From an uncultured Holophaga sp. (GTDB lineage: Bacteria; Acidobacteriota; Holophagae; Holophagales; Holophagaceae), in assembly GCA_963664825.1 (NCBI GenBank), contig OY761614.1:1856001-1920000 (forward strand): a DNA stretch of 64,000 nucleotides. The letters are read 5' to 3'. The notes below the pieces were generated by a model. That model was given only the letters and a program-made list of their open reading frames with translations, had not been told where the DNA came from and made no database searches. This document shows, in pieces, positions 9,556 to 17,469 of this stretch; the first letter of the stretch is position 1, and every line of letters starts with the position of its first letter. Both the position numbers and the translations under genes were made by a program.

Positions 9556-10047
9556 TCAGTGGCCGGTGGTCTTGGAGGTGCGGATCGGCACCGTGAAGGG
9601 CAGGCCGAAGGCCTCGAGCTGAAGCTGCCCCTCCAAATGCCAGGCGCTCTTCTGGCCGCGGATGGCCGCTCCGAGAGGCCCCCAGGCCTGTTTGAGTTCC
9701 CGGTAATCGAAGCTCAGATCCACGGGCACTTGGGAACGCCCCCCCGGCGCTAGGGTGATGCCCTGGCTGAAGGCCACTTGGCCGATGGGCATGCCCTCAT
9801 CCATGGAGAGCTGGCCGGTGAAACCCCGGGCGCGGAACTGCACCTGGCTTGGATTCTCCACGCCGACCACCAGGCGGAAGGTCACCCGGGAATTCTCCAG
9901 GGGAAAGGAGAGCTGAATTTGGGGTTCCACCCGGTCCAGGGTGAAGCGCAGCTGCCTTGAAGCCTCCTGGTAATTCCGAACCAGGTTCAAGTCCGCGCAG
10001 CCCGTGAGCAGCAGCAGGGCGGGCAGGGCCAGCCAGGGTTTGCGCAT
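9556..10047 (-). CDS. LEA type 2 (WHy) family lipoprotein
   Basis: Lipobox LLLTGC; VENPS motif; start abuts queD stop. Confidence 0.7.
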   Translation of the reverse strand: MRKPWLALPALLLLTGCADLNLVRNYQEASRQLRFTLDRVEPQIQLSFPLENSRVTFRLVVGVENPSQVQFRARGFTGQLSMDEGMPIGQVAFSQGITLAPGGRSQVPVDLSFDYRELKQAWGPLGAAIRGQKSAWHLEGQLQLEAFGLPFTVPIRTSKTTGH

Positions 10048-10394
10048 CAGACACCCCGATAGATCACACAGTTGTCCGTGGTCTCGAAGACTTCGATCTG
10101 GCAGAGCTCCGGCAGCATTGGCTTGAGCTGCTCCCAGATCCACATGGAGATGTTCTCTGCGGTGGAGAGGGGGATCAGATCGTTGAGGAAGTGGTGATCC
10201 AGCCGGTTGATGACCTTCTCCCGGACGACGGTGGAGAGGTCATCGAAGTCAATGATCATGCCCGTCTCGGGATTCACTTGGCCCTCCAGGGAGACGAAGA
10301 TCCTGTAGCTATGACCGTGCAGGTTCCGGCACTTGCCTGGGTGGTTGTAGATGAAGTGGGCGGCCTCGAAACCGTATTCCTTGCGAAGAATCAT
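10047..10394 (-). CDS. queD: 6-carboxytetrahydropterin synthase
   Basis: FEAAH, GKCRNLHGHSY, GMIIDF, LDHHFLND, STAEN, FET motifs. Confidence 0.93.
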   Translation of the reverse strand: MILRKEYGFEAAHFIYNHPGKCRNLHGHSYRIFVSLEGQVNPETGMIIDFDDLSTVVREKVINRLDHHFLNDLIPLSTAENISMWIWEQLKPMLPELCQIEVFETTDNCVIYRGV

Positions 10395-10513
10395 CAGCTC
10401 ACACGAAAAAGCCCCGACGGGGGAAATCGATTCTACCGCCCTCGCCAAGATCCTCACCCCGGAAGAGCCGAGCCTCCCCGGACCCCCTTCTTCATGCGAA
10501 ACTGAACCCATGG

Positions 10514-10590
10514 GCGCCCATAGCTCAGGTGGATAGAGCATCAGCCTTCTAAGCTGGTGGTCGCTGGTTCGAGTCCAGCTGGGCGCACCA
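10514..10590 (+). tRNA. tRNA-Arg(TCT); integration site
   Basis: Acceptor GCGCCCA/TGGGCGC, anticodon arm TCAGC-CTTCTAA-GCTGG, GTTCGAGT, CCA. Confidence 0.95.
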
Positions 10591-10592
10591 AT
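10546..10592 (+). repeat. att core, copy within the intact tRNA
   Basis: CTTCTAAGCTGGTGGTCGCTGGTTCGAGTCCAGCTGGGCGCACCAAT identical to 19621-19667. Confidence 0.95.
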
Positions 10593-10632
10593 GAAAAAGC
10601 CCTGAAACGTAACGGTTTCGGGGCTTTTTGTT
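10593..10632 (+). terminator. Intrinsic terminator supplied by the element after tRNA-Arg
   Basis: AAAAAGCCCTGAAAC...GTTTCGGGGCTTTTT. Confidence 0.75.
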
Positions 10633-10931
10633 GTGGATTTAACGAGGGCGTTTTTGGGGCCTTGGGTGCCTCGTCATCACACCGTCATCACGCCCCCGAC
10701 CAATGCCGACCAATGCCCCCCGATGGCCGGTGCCAGATTCCGGTCATCCGGGTGAGGGGGATGGAAGGGGCCAGCCCTAATGGCTACCCCCCCGATGACC
10801 GCAATCAGATTTCGGTCACACCCCCAAGGGGTGGGGATCCGATCCACCCCCCCAAGGTACCGTCATGACGGTGGCCCCTTGGGTGTGCTCGTCTCGATGA
10901 CGAGTCCAGGGTCGTAATGGCCCCTGAGGGC

Positions 10932-11150
10932 TCACCCCACCAGGAACCACCACGCGGCCCAGCTCCCGCCGGTCAGCAGGGCCAGGGGCACGACACACCC
11001 CGCCATCCGGGCGGCCTTCCTCTGGCGTCCGCTTCGGGACAGGGGTATGCCGATTTGGCGCGATAGCCGTGCCTGAGCCTGAGAGACACCAAGGGCCCGC
11101 CTCCAGGAGAAGGACAGGCCAGGGATGCCGGTGCCACGCTTGCGAGCCAT
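10932..11150 (-). CDS. Small basic protein with C-terminal TM segment (MGE-associated hypothetical)
   Basis: GIPGLSFSWRRALGVSQAQARLSRQIGIPLSRSGRQRK plus hydrophobic tail; AGGAG RBS. Confidence 0.6.
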   Translation of the reverse strand: MARKRGTGIPGLSFSWRRALGVSQAQARLSRQIGIPLSRSGRQRKAARMAGCVVPLALLTGGSWAAWWFLVG

Positions 11151-11250
11151 GAGGGCTCCTGTGAAGGGATGAGACAGCCTACCCCGGAAACAAAATGAGG
11201 GGGCGACAGTGAATGTCATCCCCCTCTATATGCCCGGTTCCCCGTGGCAG

Positions 11251-11649
11251 CTACCACAAGTTCGCCCTGGCCATCTTTGGTTTCAGCACCTTCTTCTTCC
11301 GCGGCGGCTTCCGGGTCCGAGGCCGGGGAAGGTCTTCTTTGACCCCGCCCGTTAGGGCCTTCTGGAGGCTCTCCAGGAGCTCCAGGGCCCTGAAGTAGTT
11401 CGGGCCATAGGTTGGTGATTTCGTGAATTTCGGGGTGTCGTCATCCCCCCCTGTGTCGCCTGTGTCGCAGGTGCGATTGAATCTCACATACCAGGGGAGA
11501 ACTTCCGTCCAGACGTAATAACACCCAGGCCCCTCGCCATGCCGCGGCAAGCCGTAGTAGTGCCAACGGTGGATTGTCCGCTCTGTCCGCTGGAAAATGA
11601 GGGCCAGCTCGGCTTGTTTAATACAGTTAAAGTTGATCGTTAGCATCAT
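11251..11649 (-). CDS. Terminase-small-subunit (Nu1)-like winged HTH protein
   Basis: KQAELALIFQRTERTIHRWHYYGLP...YVWTEVLPWY resembles the gpNu1 DNA-binding domain; start uncertain. Confidence 0.5.
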   Translation of the reverse strand: MMLTINFNCIKQAELALIFQRTERTIHRWHYYGLPRHGEGPGCYYVWTEVLPWYVRFNRTCDTGDTGGDDDTPKFTKSPTYGPNYFRALELLESLQKALTGGVKEDLPRPRTRKPPRKKKVLKPKMARANLW

Positions 11650-11933
11650 ATTTATCCTATGCGAATACGACATGCTTTAAAAATTCAGAGCTAGGTGAAT
11701 GGGGAGCTATGCAGCGATACCCTCCCGCGGCACCCTGGAAGGACCCGCGATCATATAGAGATAGAGGATGGCGATAACCACCACGGTTCCTCATCCACCT
11801 GACGACGACACAGTTTTTCCGTATGTAACTAGGCAAGAGCGGAGGCTGGCGCGATACCCGCCTGGAGATTTCAAAAAACAGGACCCGTGAATTCCGGTCC
11901 CCTTGCCGAGGCATGACGCCGGGAGAGGGGAGG

Positions 11934-12239
11934 TCATAACGGCCTCACCATCCCCGCCCTTCGTCCCGCCTCAGCCCTGGGAAGGCCTGCCAGGTGCTCC
12001 AGGATCGCGGCGCGTTCTTCTCGGAGGTATCGGGCTTCCTCGGGATCGGCGGCGATGCACAGGGCCTCCAGGGTCAGATCAGTGAGGGAGCCAAGAATGG
12101 GGTCTTTCCAGAGCTTCAGCAGTTCTGCCAGATCGGACGGAAGGGGGCCGTTGCTCCGATATCGGAGACGGCCACCCTCGGCCCAGAGGATTACCCCAAG
12201 GTCCCGGACGTAGCGAACCACCTCCGAGGCGTGGGTCAT
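11934..12239 (-). CDS. Small protein with TubC N-terminal docking-like domain, coupled to primase
   Basis: GVILWAEGGRLRY..LAELLK.WK..IL and EERAAILEH..GLPRAEA; ATGA overlap with primase stop. Confidence 0.6.
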   Translation of the reverse strand: MTHASEVVRYVRDLGVILWAEGGRLRYRSNGPLPSDLAELLKLWKDPILGSLTDLTLEALCIAADPEEARYLREERAAILEHLAGLPRAEAGRRAGMVRPL

Positions 12240-14728
12240 GTGATTTCACCCTCGAAGAGGCATTCCCTCCCAGATCCCCCCCCTGAATCCGCAACTGCCG
12301 CTACTTCCAATAATGGTGCGGGTTTAGGGGTCGCGGATTGGTTGCGTGTCGCCGATTGATCCGCAACTGAGCCCGGATTGGTTGCGCCTGAATCCGCAAC
12401 CGCAACTGTTCCGCAACCGCTAGAACCGCATGAATGCTCATAAGTTGCGGGTTGCGGATCTTTGGGGGGGGTGACGGGGGCAAGGTATCGAGAGAACACA
12501 TCATCGAATTGGGACTTCTGATATCCCTTCCTGGTGACACCGTTAATTTTGAAATCCTTCGAACTGATTTCAAATTCTCCCAACCGCTTGGAAAGTTGGC
12601 GTGGGGATAGTTCCTTGCCAAAGGCGTAGCTTGCCCATGGCTTCGTGTCGTCAGAGGTCAAAGCACTCAGAAGATCGGCAGTCGGAATTCTGTCCACATT
12701 TTTGGCGTCAAAGATTTCCTTGATGTCCGAGAGAAGTTCCGTGGATGTCGAAACGGGGTCGTGCTCGGCTCCCGAGATATGCAGCGCAGCGGCTCGAGCG
12801 AGGTTGGGCCACTCGCCATCGGCGAGGTCTGCAATCGCAAGCAATGGCTCCCAGTTGTCCTGGGCACGGTCGTTCAGCTCCTCGGGGAGGTTGGGGCGGG
12901 CCTGCCCGATGGATGGGCCTGCATCCTCGGCAAACCTCGCCAGCTTGGATGCCAATTGAGAGAATGCTTTTGGGTCTGCATGTCGCAACCGCTGGCATTT
13001 CTCCGCGGGTAGCTTGCGCCGAAGGGTCAGCACAATGGCCCTGTCCATGAGAGTGCCTGCAAGGTGTCCGATGCCACTGATGGCCTTTGCGCCCCAGGTT
13101 GAGAACTGCCGAGGTTCGTGGTCGTCTCCCACTGTTCGGATTACGAAAGCGCTTTGTCGCGTGTGCCCCGAATTGATGACACCTCGCAATTCTTCGTTTT
13201 CCTTCAGGAAGGAATCAGCCTCATCGATTAGCAGAGTAGGGCTGTGGGCCTCAATTACTCGATAGACAGCCGCGGGCGAAATGTTCGAGGCCACCAGAGG
13301 ACGGAAGGACAGGCGACCGATCACGTCCAGCAGTTGAGACTTCCCACACCGCTTTTCAGGTGCGGTGATAACCGCCAAGGGCGCTACCTGAAGGTAGTCG
13401 ATACACCAGGTGAACGCGACCCAGAGGGCGACTGCAATAGACGTGCTTGTGTCGCAAATTATGAAACGGTTTACCGTAGCCCGGATATCGTCTAGCAGGG
13501 TAGCGATGTCCACAGGATCGCCCCAGGGCTCTACCTCTGGGAACATCGCAGCCTTCCCTGCATCCACCTGGTGGTCCTTCTGTGACCCAGCAACGGCTTT
13601 GTCGAGCGCCGTGGCTCTGACGCCCAAGCGCTTCGCTTCGATGACCCGGATCTGTTCGTATTCCATTCTCGGCATTGCAGCAAACCTTGCCACAGCATCG
13701 AGAATTTGCTCGGGTTCCGCATTCGTTGGGGAGGTCTGCGAGCCAGGAGAGGATGCCGCGGTCCTCAACAGGTGCCCCCGGTCCTGGCACTTCGGGGCAG
13801 CGTCTTTCACCTTCTTCCGCAGCTCTTCCAGGCTCCAGGGCGGCTTACACCGTGGGTTATAGCGATCCAGTAGCAGAGACAGGGCCTCGTCTTCTGAGAG
13901 ATCGAAGCCGTCGATCAGCTTCAAAGCATCGTTGAATGTCTTGGTGCCCCCTTCAGCATTTTCGCCTTCCCCGGCGATGGAACCGGGGATGTAATCCAGA
14001 TATCGCCCCGCCCGTTCCAGCACCTCTGCACGGTCCAGGGAGGGGGTGAATCGGATTACATCCCCCTCTGGCTTGCTCTTCTTCGGTGGAATAGGCGGGA
14101 ACGCGGCCCGGATTTCGTCCCGTGTGTAGCGTGGTCCATCGGCTGTCAGCAGCTCTACCGGCTGAGGTTCGGCCTTCCGGTGCATGAAGCCTGGCACCCG
14201 AAGCACCCGTTCCACGGTGCAGGCGGCCTTGTCAGCACCGAAGAGTGCAAGCCCATGCTGAATGGCCTTCAATTCCAATTCGTGCTCACCCCGCCGGGCC
14301 TCATCGGCGCATGGCATGGGGGCTATGGCTAGCCAGTAGAGGTGCCACCCGCCGGGCGTCTTGACCACCATGGAGGGGGCCAGGGGCAACCGTGGAAGGT
14401 CGAAAGTTTCACGGGCGTCCTTCGTATCGAGGTCAGCATGCCATCCCCTGAGGAGCTGGATATTCGCCTTCTTCCGGCCCTGGCCATCGGTTTGATTGAC
14501 GGTCACGAAAACACCCGCGCCGGAATGGTTCAGCCGTTCCAGTTCGGGGGCGGCCTCATCGATAGATTGGGACCAGTGCTTTGCAAGTTCGGGGGCCTTC
14601 CGTGTTTTGTCCTCATCAAAGGTCTGCCAGCGCTCTGGGTTGGTCCAGGCATCGTCTTGGCTGCACTGATTCAGGCAAGCCAGAAAGGGGATAGCAGAGC
14701 CCACGAGGCGCTCTCGGAGGTCGATCAT
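12236..14728 (-). CDS. Satellite primase/replication protein (RepB-like primase, PriCT-like, P-loop/DUF3631)
   Basis: GVFVTVN..ADLD, TPGGWHLYW, RVLRVPGFMH; APEKRCGKS Walker A, LLIDEAD; NDRAQDNWEPLLAIAD. Confidence 0.85.
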   Translation of the reverse strand: MIDLRERLVGSAIPFLACLNQCSQDDAWTNPERWQTFDEDKTRKAPELAKHWSQSIDEAAPELERLNHSGAGVFVTVNQTDGQGRKKANIQLLRGWHADLDTKDARETFDLPRLPLAPSMVVKTPGGWHLYWLAIAPMPCADEARRGEHELELKAIQHGLALFGADKAACTVERVLRVPGFMHRKAEPQPVELLTADGPRYTRDEIRAAFPPIPPKKSKPEGDVIRFTPSLDRAEVLERAGRYLDYIPGSIAGEGENAEGGTKTFNDALKLIDGFDLSEDEALSLLLDRYNPRCKPPWSLEELRKKVKDAAPKCQDRGHLLRTAASSPGSQTSPTNAEPEQILDAVARFAAMPRMEYEQIRVIEAKRLGVRATALDKAVAGSQKDHQVDAGKAAMFPEVEPWGDPVDIATLLDDIRATVNRFIICDTSTSIAVALWVAFTWCIDYLQVAPLAVITAPEKRCGKSQLLDVIGRLSFRPLVASNISPAAVYRVIEAHSPTLLIDEADSFLKENEELRGVINSGHTRQSAFVIRTVGDDHEPRQFSTWGAKAISGIGHLAGTLMDRAIVLTLRRKLPAEKCQRLRHADPKAFSQLASKLARFAEDAGPSIGQARPNLPEELNDRAQDNWEPLLAIADLADGEWPNLARAAALHISGAEHDPVSTSTELLSDIKEIFDAKNVDRIPTADLLSALTSDDTKPWASYAFGKELSPRQLSKRLGEFEISSKDFKINGVTRKGYQKSQFDDVFSRYLAPVTPPKDPQPATYEHSCGSSGCGTVAVADSGATNPGSVADQSATRNQSATPKPAPLLEVAAVADSGGGSGRECLFEGEIT
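12290..12460. repeat. CCGCAAC/GTTGCG iteron-like cluster in primase 3' end (putative origin)
   Basis: Many short copies in both orientations, giving a low-complexity protein tail (SATN/VAD). Confidence 0.65.
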
Positions 14729-14925
14729 TCGCACCCCCCGATGATCCCGCGCTCATTCAGGTAGGCACCTGCCACCCCTGCCAGCAGGTTGAAGTCATCG
14801 GTGCGCAGCTCAAGGCGCTGCATCAAGGCCTCGGGACTTGGGAGGGATTCGAGAGCCTTCATGTTGTGGAATTCTTCGAGCACCAGCGAGGCCGCTACAG
14901 CCGAACAAACCGCGGCGGGGGTCAT
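14725..14925 (-). CDS. Hypothetical protein (satellite operon)
   Basis: ATGA-coupled at both ends. Confidence 0.5.
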   Translation of the reverse strand: MTPAAVCSAVAASLVLEEFHNMKALESLPSPEALMQRLELRTDDFNLLAGVAGAYLNERGIIGGCE

Positions 14926-15242
14926 TGGGCGTTTCCCCCTGGCCACGGGAAAAACGGCGCTGGGAAGCATCCGGGTAGACCCTGCATGTGCACCCGATCA
15001 GGGGCGGCCTTCTTGAGAGCCTCGGCAAGATCGCGCCCCATGGGCGAAGCCAAGGATGCTTCGTTGATCCACACCCCGCCCTTGCCGTCGAAATCCATCG
15101 TGAAGATGGCCATCGGGAGGATGGACAAGGGGGCTTCAAGGTAGTGGCCCCAGGGGGCCGTTTCGGCAAACTCCAGGAAGCGTTGGATCAGGGCTTTGCG
15201 TGTCCTGGGGAATTTGAGCATATAGACGGAGGGATCACTCAT
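14922..15242 (-). CDS. Hypothetical protein (satellite operon)
   Basis: 106 aa ORF translationally coupled to neighbours. Confidence 0.55.
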   Translation of the reverse strand: MSDPSVYMLKFPRTRKALIQRFLEFAETAPWGHYLEAPLSILPMAIFTMDFDGKGGVWINEASLASPMGRDLAEALKKAAPDRVHMQGLPGCFPAPFFPWPGGNAQ

Positions 15243-15346
15243 TCGTCACCTTGCGCGAATTCTTCCAGCGCCAAGGTGCTTCCCGTTTCCGGTATGCTTG
15301 GGGCCAGCGTGGGCACGCTGATTTTTCTCGAGGGGGTCTGAGACAT
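15239..15346 (-). CDS. Very small hypothetical protein (35 aa)
   Basis: ATG directly after the AlpA-like stop; stop overlaps next ATG; below ORF-track cutoff. Confidence 0.35.
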   Translation of the reverse strand: MSQTPSRKISVPTLAPSIPETGSTLALEEFAQGDE

Positions 15347-15577
15347 TCAGGCCCCCTTCTCGGTGCGGCTCTCGCACCATGCCTGAAGGTCCGAGAGACG
15401 GTATCGAACGAGTGACCCGCATTTCACCCAGGCGGGGCCGTTGGTGCGCTTGCACCTCCAATCGATTAGGGTCAGGGGGCTGATGGCCAAAAAGGCGGCG
15501 GCCGCTTTGGTATCCATCAATCCATCAAGCGGGTGGGGTTCCGCGTGGGGTGTGGGATTTAGATCGGGTTGGGCCAT
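15347..15577 (-). CDS. AlpA/excisionase-like HTH protein
   Basis: LMDTKAAAAFLAISPLTLIDWR..GPAWVKCGSLVRYRLSDLQAW; GGAGG RBS. Confidence 0.85.
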   Translation of the reverse strand: MAQPDLNPTPHAEPHPLDGLMDTKAAAAFLAISPLTLIDWRCKRTNGPAWVKCGSLVRYRLSDLQAWCESRTEKGA

Positions 15578-15713
15578 GTAGCCTCCAGAGAAGGGCCAAG
15601 CGGGCTTGCTTGGGTCCTTCTCTGGAGGATCAGGTCTGTGCTGGGGTATAGAAAAAACGCAGAAAAGCCCCCATGACGGGGGCGTGTTTTCTGCATGAAT
15701 CGAGTTGATGCCC

Positions 15714-16445
15714 TCAGTCTTGGGCCCGCGCTCCGGCCTCTCGGAATTGCCCATCGGAGGGCTTTTCGCCCGTGGCGGCTTCATGGATGAGGCGGGCCAA
15801 ACGCACTCGCTTTGTGGGTTCCCACTCATGGGCCTCCATCCATTTTTTGCATTTCTTAAGAAGCCAATCCTGGGAGGTTTCCCCTAGCAGCACGTCATCA
15901 AGGGTCTTCCGGCCCAATGCCTTCGCCTTCTTTCTCATCCCGGACGCCTTGCGTCCTGCCCATGCAGACAGGGCTTGGGTGCTCTCCTGCCAGAGCCCAG
16001 GGCCTACAAATTCCGTGAAATGTTCCCCTGAGGTCACTGGGTAGCAGTTCACGAATTCCCCCTCATCCATCGGCGGCAACATTTCGCCACCAGCACGCGA
16101 GAACAGGGCCTTGTCCTCCGCGCTGAAGGCTCTATCCAAGACTTTTCGGGCCCCTGGGCTCAGGTGATTGAGGCGATTGTGGAGGGCCGCGGCACAGTCT
16201 CGGAGGACTTCCAGCTCCTCGGCAACGGCAGCGACACGGCCCGCGTTGCGCTCCGACAACATCATGTCGTAATCCCTCACCAGGGATTCCAGCTCCCGGC
16301 GGGCTTTCGCTTGATCACCAGGGACCAAGATCGGCCATGCCTTCACTAGGCCGATAGCTTCGTCAATCAACGCGTCCCGGCGGAGGCCCCACCGTTCTAT
16401 TCGCTCGATGGCTTCTTGCCCAAGTTCAGGCGGTAGCCAAACCAT
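15714..16445 (-). CDS. Hypothetical protein (243 aa) upstream of alpA-like gene
   Basis: GGAGGT RBS before ATG; coding-like composition; no recognised motif. Confidence 0.6.
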   Translation of the reverse strand: MVWLPPELGQEAIERIERWGLRRDALIDEAIGLVKAWPILVPGDQAKARRELESLVRDYDMMLSERNAGRVAAVAEELEVLRDCAAALHNRLNHLSPGARKVLDRAFSAEDKALFSRAGGEMLPPMDEGEFVNCYPVTSGEHFTEFVGPGLWQESTQALSAWAGRKASGMRKKAKALGRKTLDDVLLGETSQDWLLKKCKKWMEAHEWEPTKRVRLARLIHEAATGEKPSDGQFREAGARAQD

Positions 16446-16466
16446 TCACACCTCCCACCCGGTGCA

Positions 16467-16539
16467 TTCCCGCAAAAGCAAAAGGGGCGCGGCGTTCCGG
16501 TGCGGGAACCGGCTTTCGGGAGCTACCCTAGCCGTGCCG
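16467..16539 (-). ncRNA. Candidate structured cis-regulatory RNA (multi-stem junction) in 5' leader
   Basis: Minus strand GGCACGGC..GGG-TAGCT-CCC-GAAAG-CCGGT-TCCCGC-ACCGG..GCCGCGCC; loop complementary to downstream TGCGGGAA. Confidence 0.45.
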
Positions 16540-16548
16540 ATGGACAGT

Positions 16549-16812
16549 CTACCTTTGTGCTTCCGTCACCGTCTGGTGGAAGGCGATTTCGGAGTATTCC
16601 TCAATCTCCCCCGCGAGGCTATCAAGGCACCCCTGGAAGGCCTTGGCCGTTTGACTGGTGAATGGGGCCCCTTGTGCATACGGCTCCAGGAGGTGAGACA
16701 CCCCCTGCACCTTGCGTTGAATATCTGAGAACGATTCCGCCATGCCATCGGCAAAGTCGAAGGGCGGGATAGGCATGGTTTCAGCGGTTGCAGCAGTCGC
16801 AGCGTGGTTCAC
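16549..16812 (-). CDS. Hypothetical protein (87 aa)
   Basis: GTG start overlapping upstream stop; AAGGAG RBS. Confidence 0.5.
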   Translation of the reverse strand: MNHAATAATAETMPIPPFDFADGMAESFSDIQRKVQGVSHLLEPYAQGAPFTSQTAKAFQGCLDSLAGEIEEYSEIAFHQTVTEAQR

Positions 16813-17195
16813 AGATTCTCCTTCGAGGAAGGGCGCGTGGCCCGGTTGATTTCGTGAGAGACCATCACCAGGGCTTGGCCCCAGGCGCGGCGGAGGGCGC
16901 GAGCGGCGGCGCGGGGGTCCTCCTGGGCCTCCAGGAAATGGGCAGCTTCCTGGGCTATTTCTTGGACCACCGGGGGCAGCTTGGGCAGTGGATCGGGCGG
17001 CACCTGGCCAGCCAAGGCCACACGAATCAGGTCATCCACCACACGCCACACCGGCATCCCGGCGGCCTCAGCATGGGCCTCCAGGATGGAAGCGGCCTCT
17101 GGGCTCAAGTCCAGGCGCATCCTTGCCACCGGGCCACGCTGGGGCCTCCCGCCCCCCTTTCCTTGTCCCACTCCTGGATTCTTGGCCGTCACCAT
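16809..17195 (-). CDS. Ribbon-helix-helix-like DNA-binding protein
   Basis: GGRP followed by RMRLDLSPEAASILEAHAEAAGMPVWRVVDDLIR (beta-alpha-alpha pattern); GAGGTG RBS. Confidence 0.6.
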   Translation of the reverse strand: MVTAKNPGVGQGKGGGRPQRGPVARMRLDLSPEAASILEAHAEAAGMPVWRVVDDLIRVALAGQVPPDPLPKLPPVVQEIAQEAAHFLEAQEDPRAAARALRRAWGQALVMVSHEINRATRPSSKENL

Positions 17196-17264
17196 GGCTC
17201 ACCTCTGCCCAAGAGGATGCTCTCGCGCGCGCGAGGAATCAAGAACGTTTTTGGGGCCCGAATA

Positions 17265-17292
17265 GCTTTCGATAACGTCCATTATGTAACTC
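17265..17292 (+). other. dif-like XerC/XerD site
   Basis: GCTTTCGATAA-CGTCCA-TTATGTAACTC fits 11-6-11 dif architecture with the conserved ATAA/TTATGT core. Confidence 0.55.
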
Positions 17293-17469
17293 AGAACTGC
17301 TCGTAAGTCTAACCATTTCAATGCTGAAATTTCAGCCATGGAATAATCATGTAGTGGGAAGCCTCCGGAGTTTTCGCCCTTTTCGGCGAAAACCTCAAAG
17401 TCCCTGTGCTCAAAAAGTCGGGCACGGGCGAGAGGATGACATTGACTGTCGGGCAGCATCCGACAACAG

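Noticed and set aside
10395..10510. preQ1 riboswitch upstream of queD
   Set aside because: No recognisable preQ1 stem-loop with A-rich tail on the minus strand
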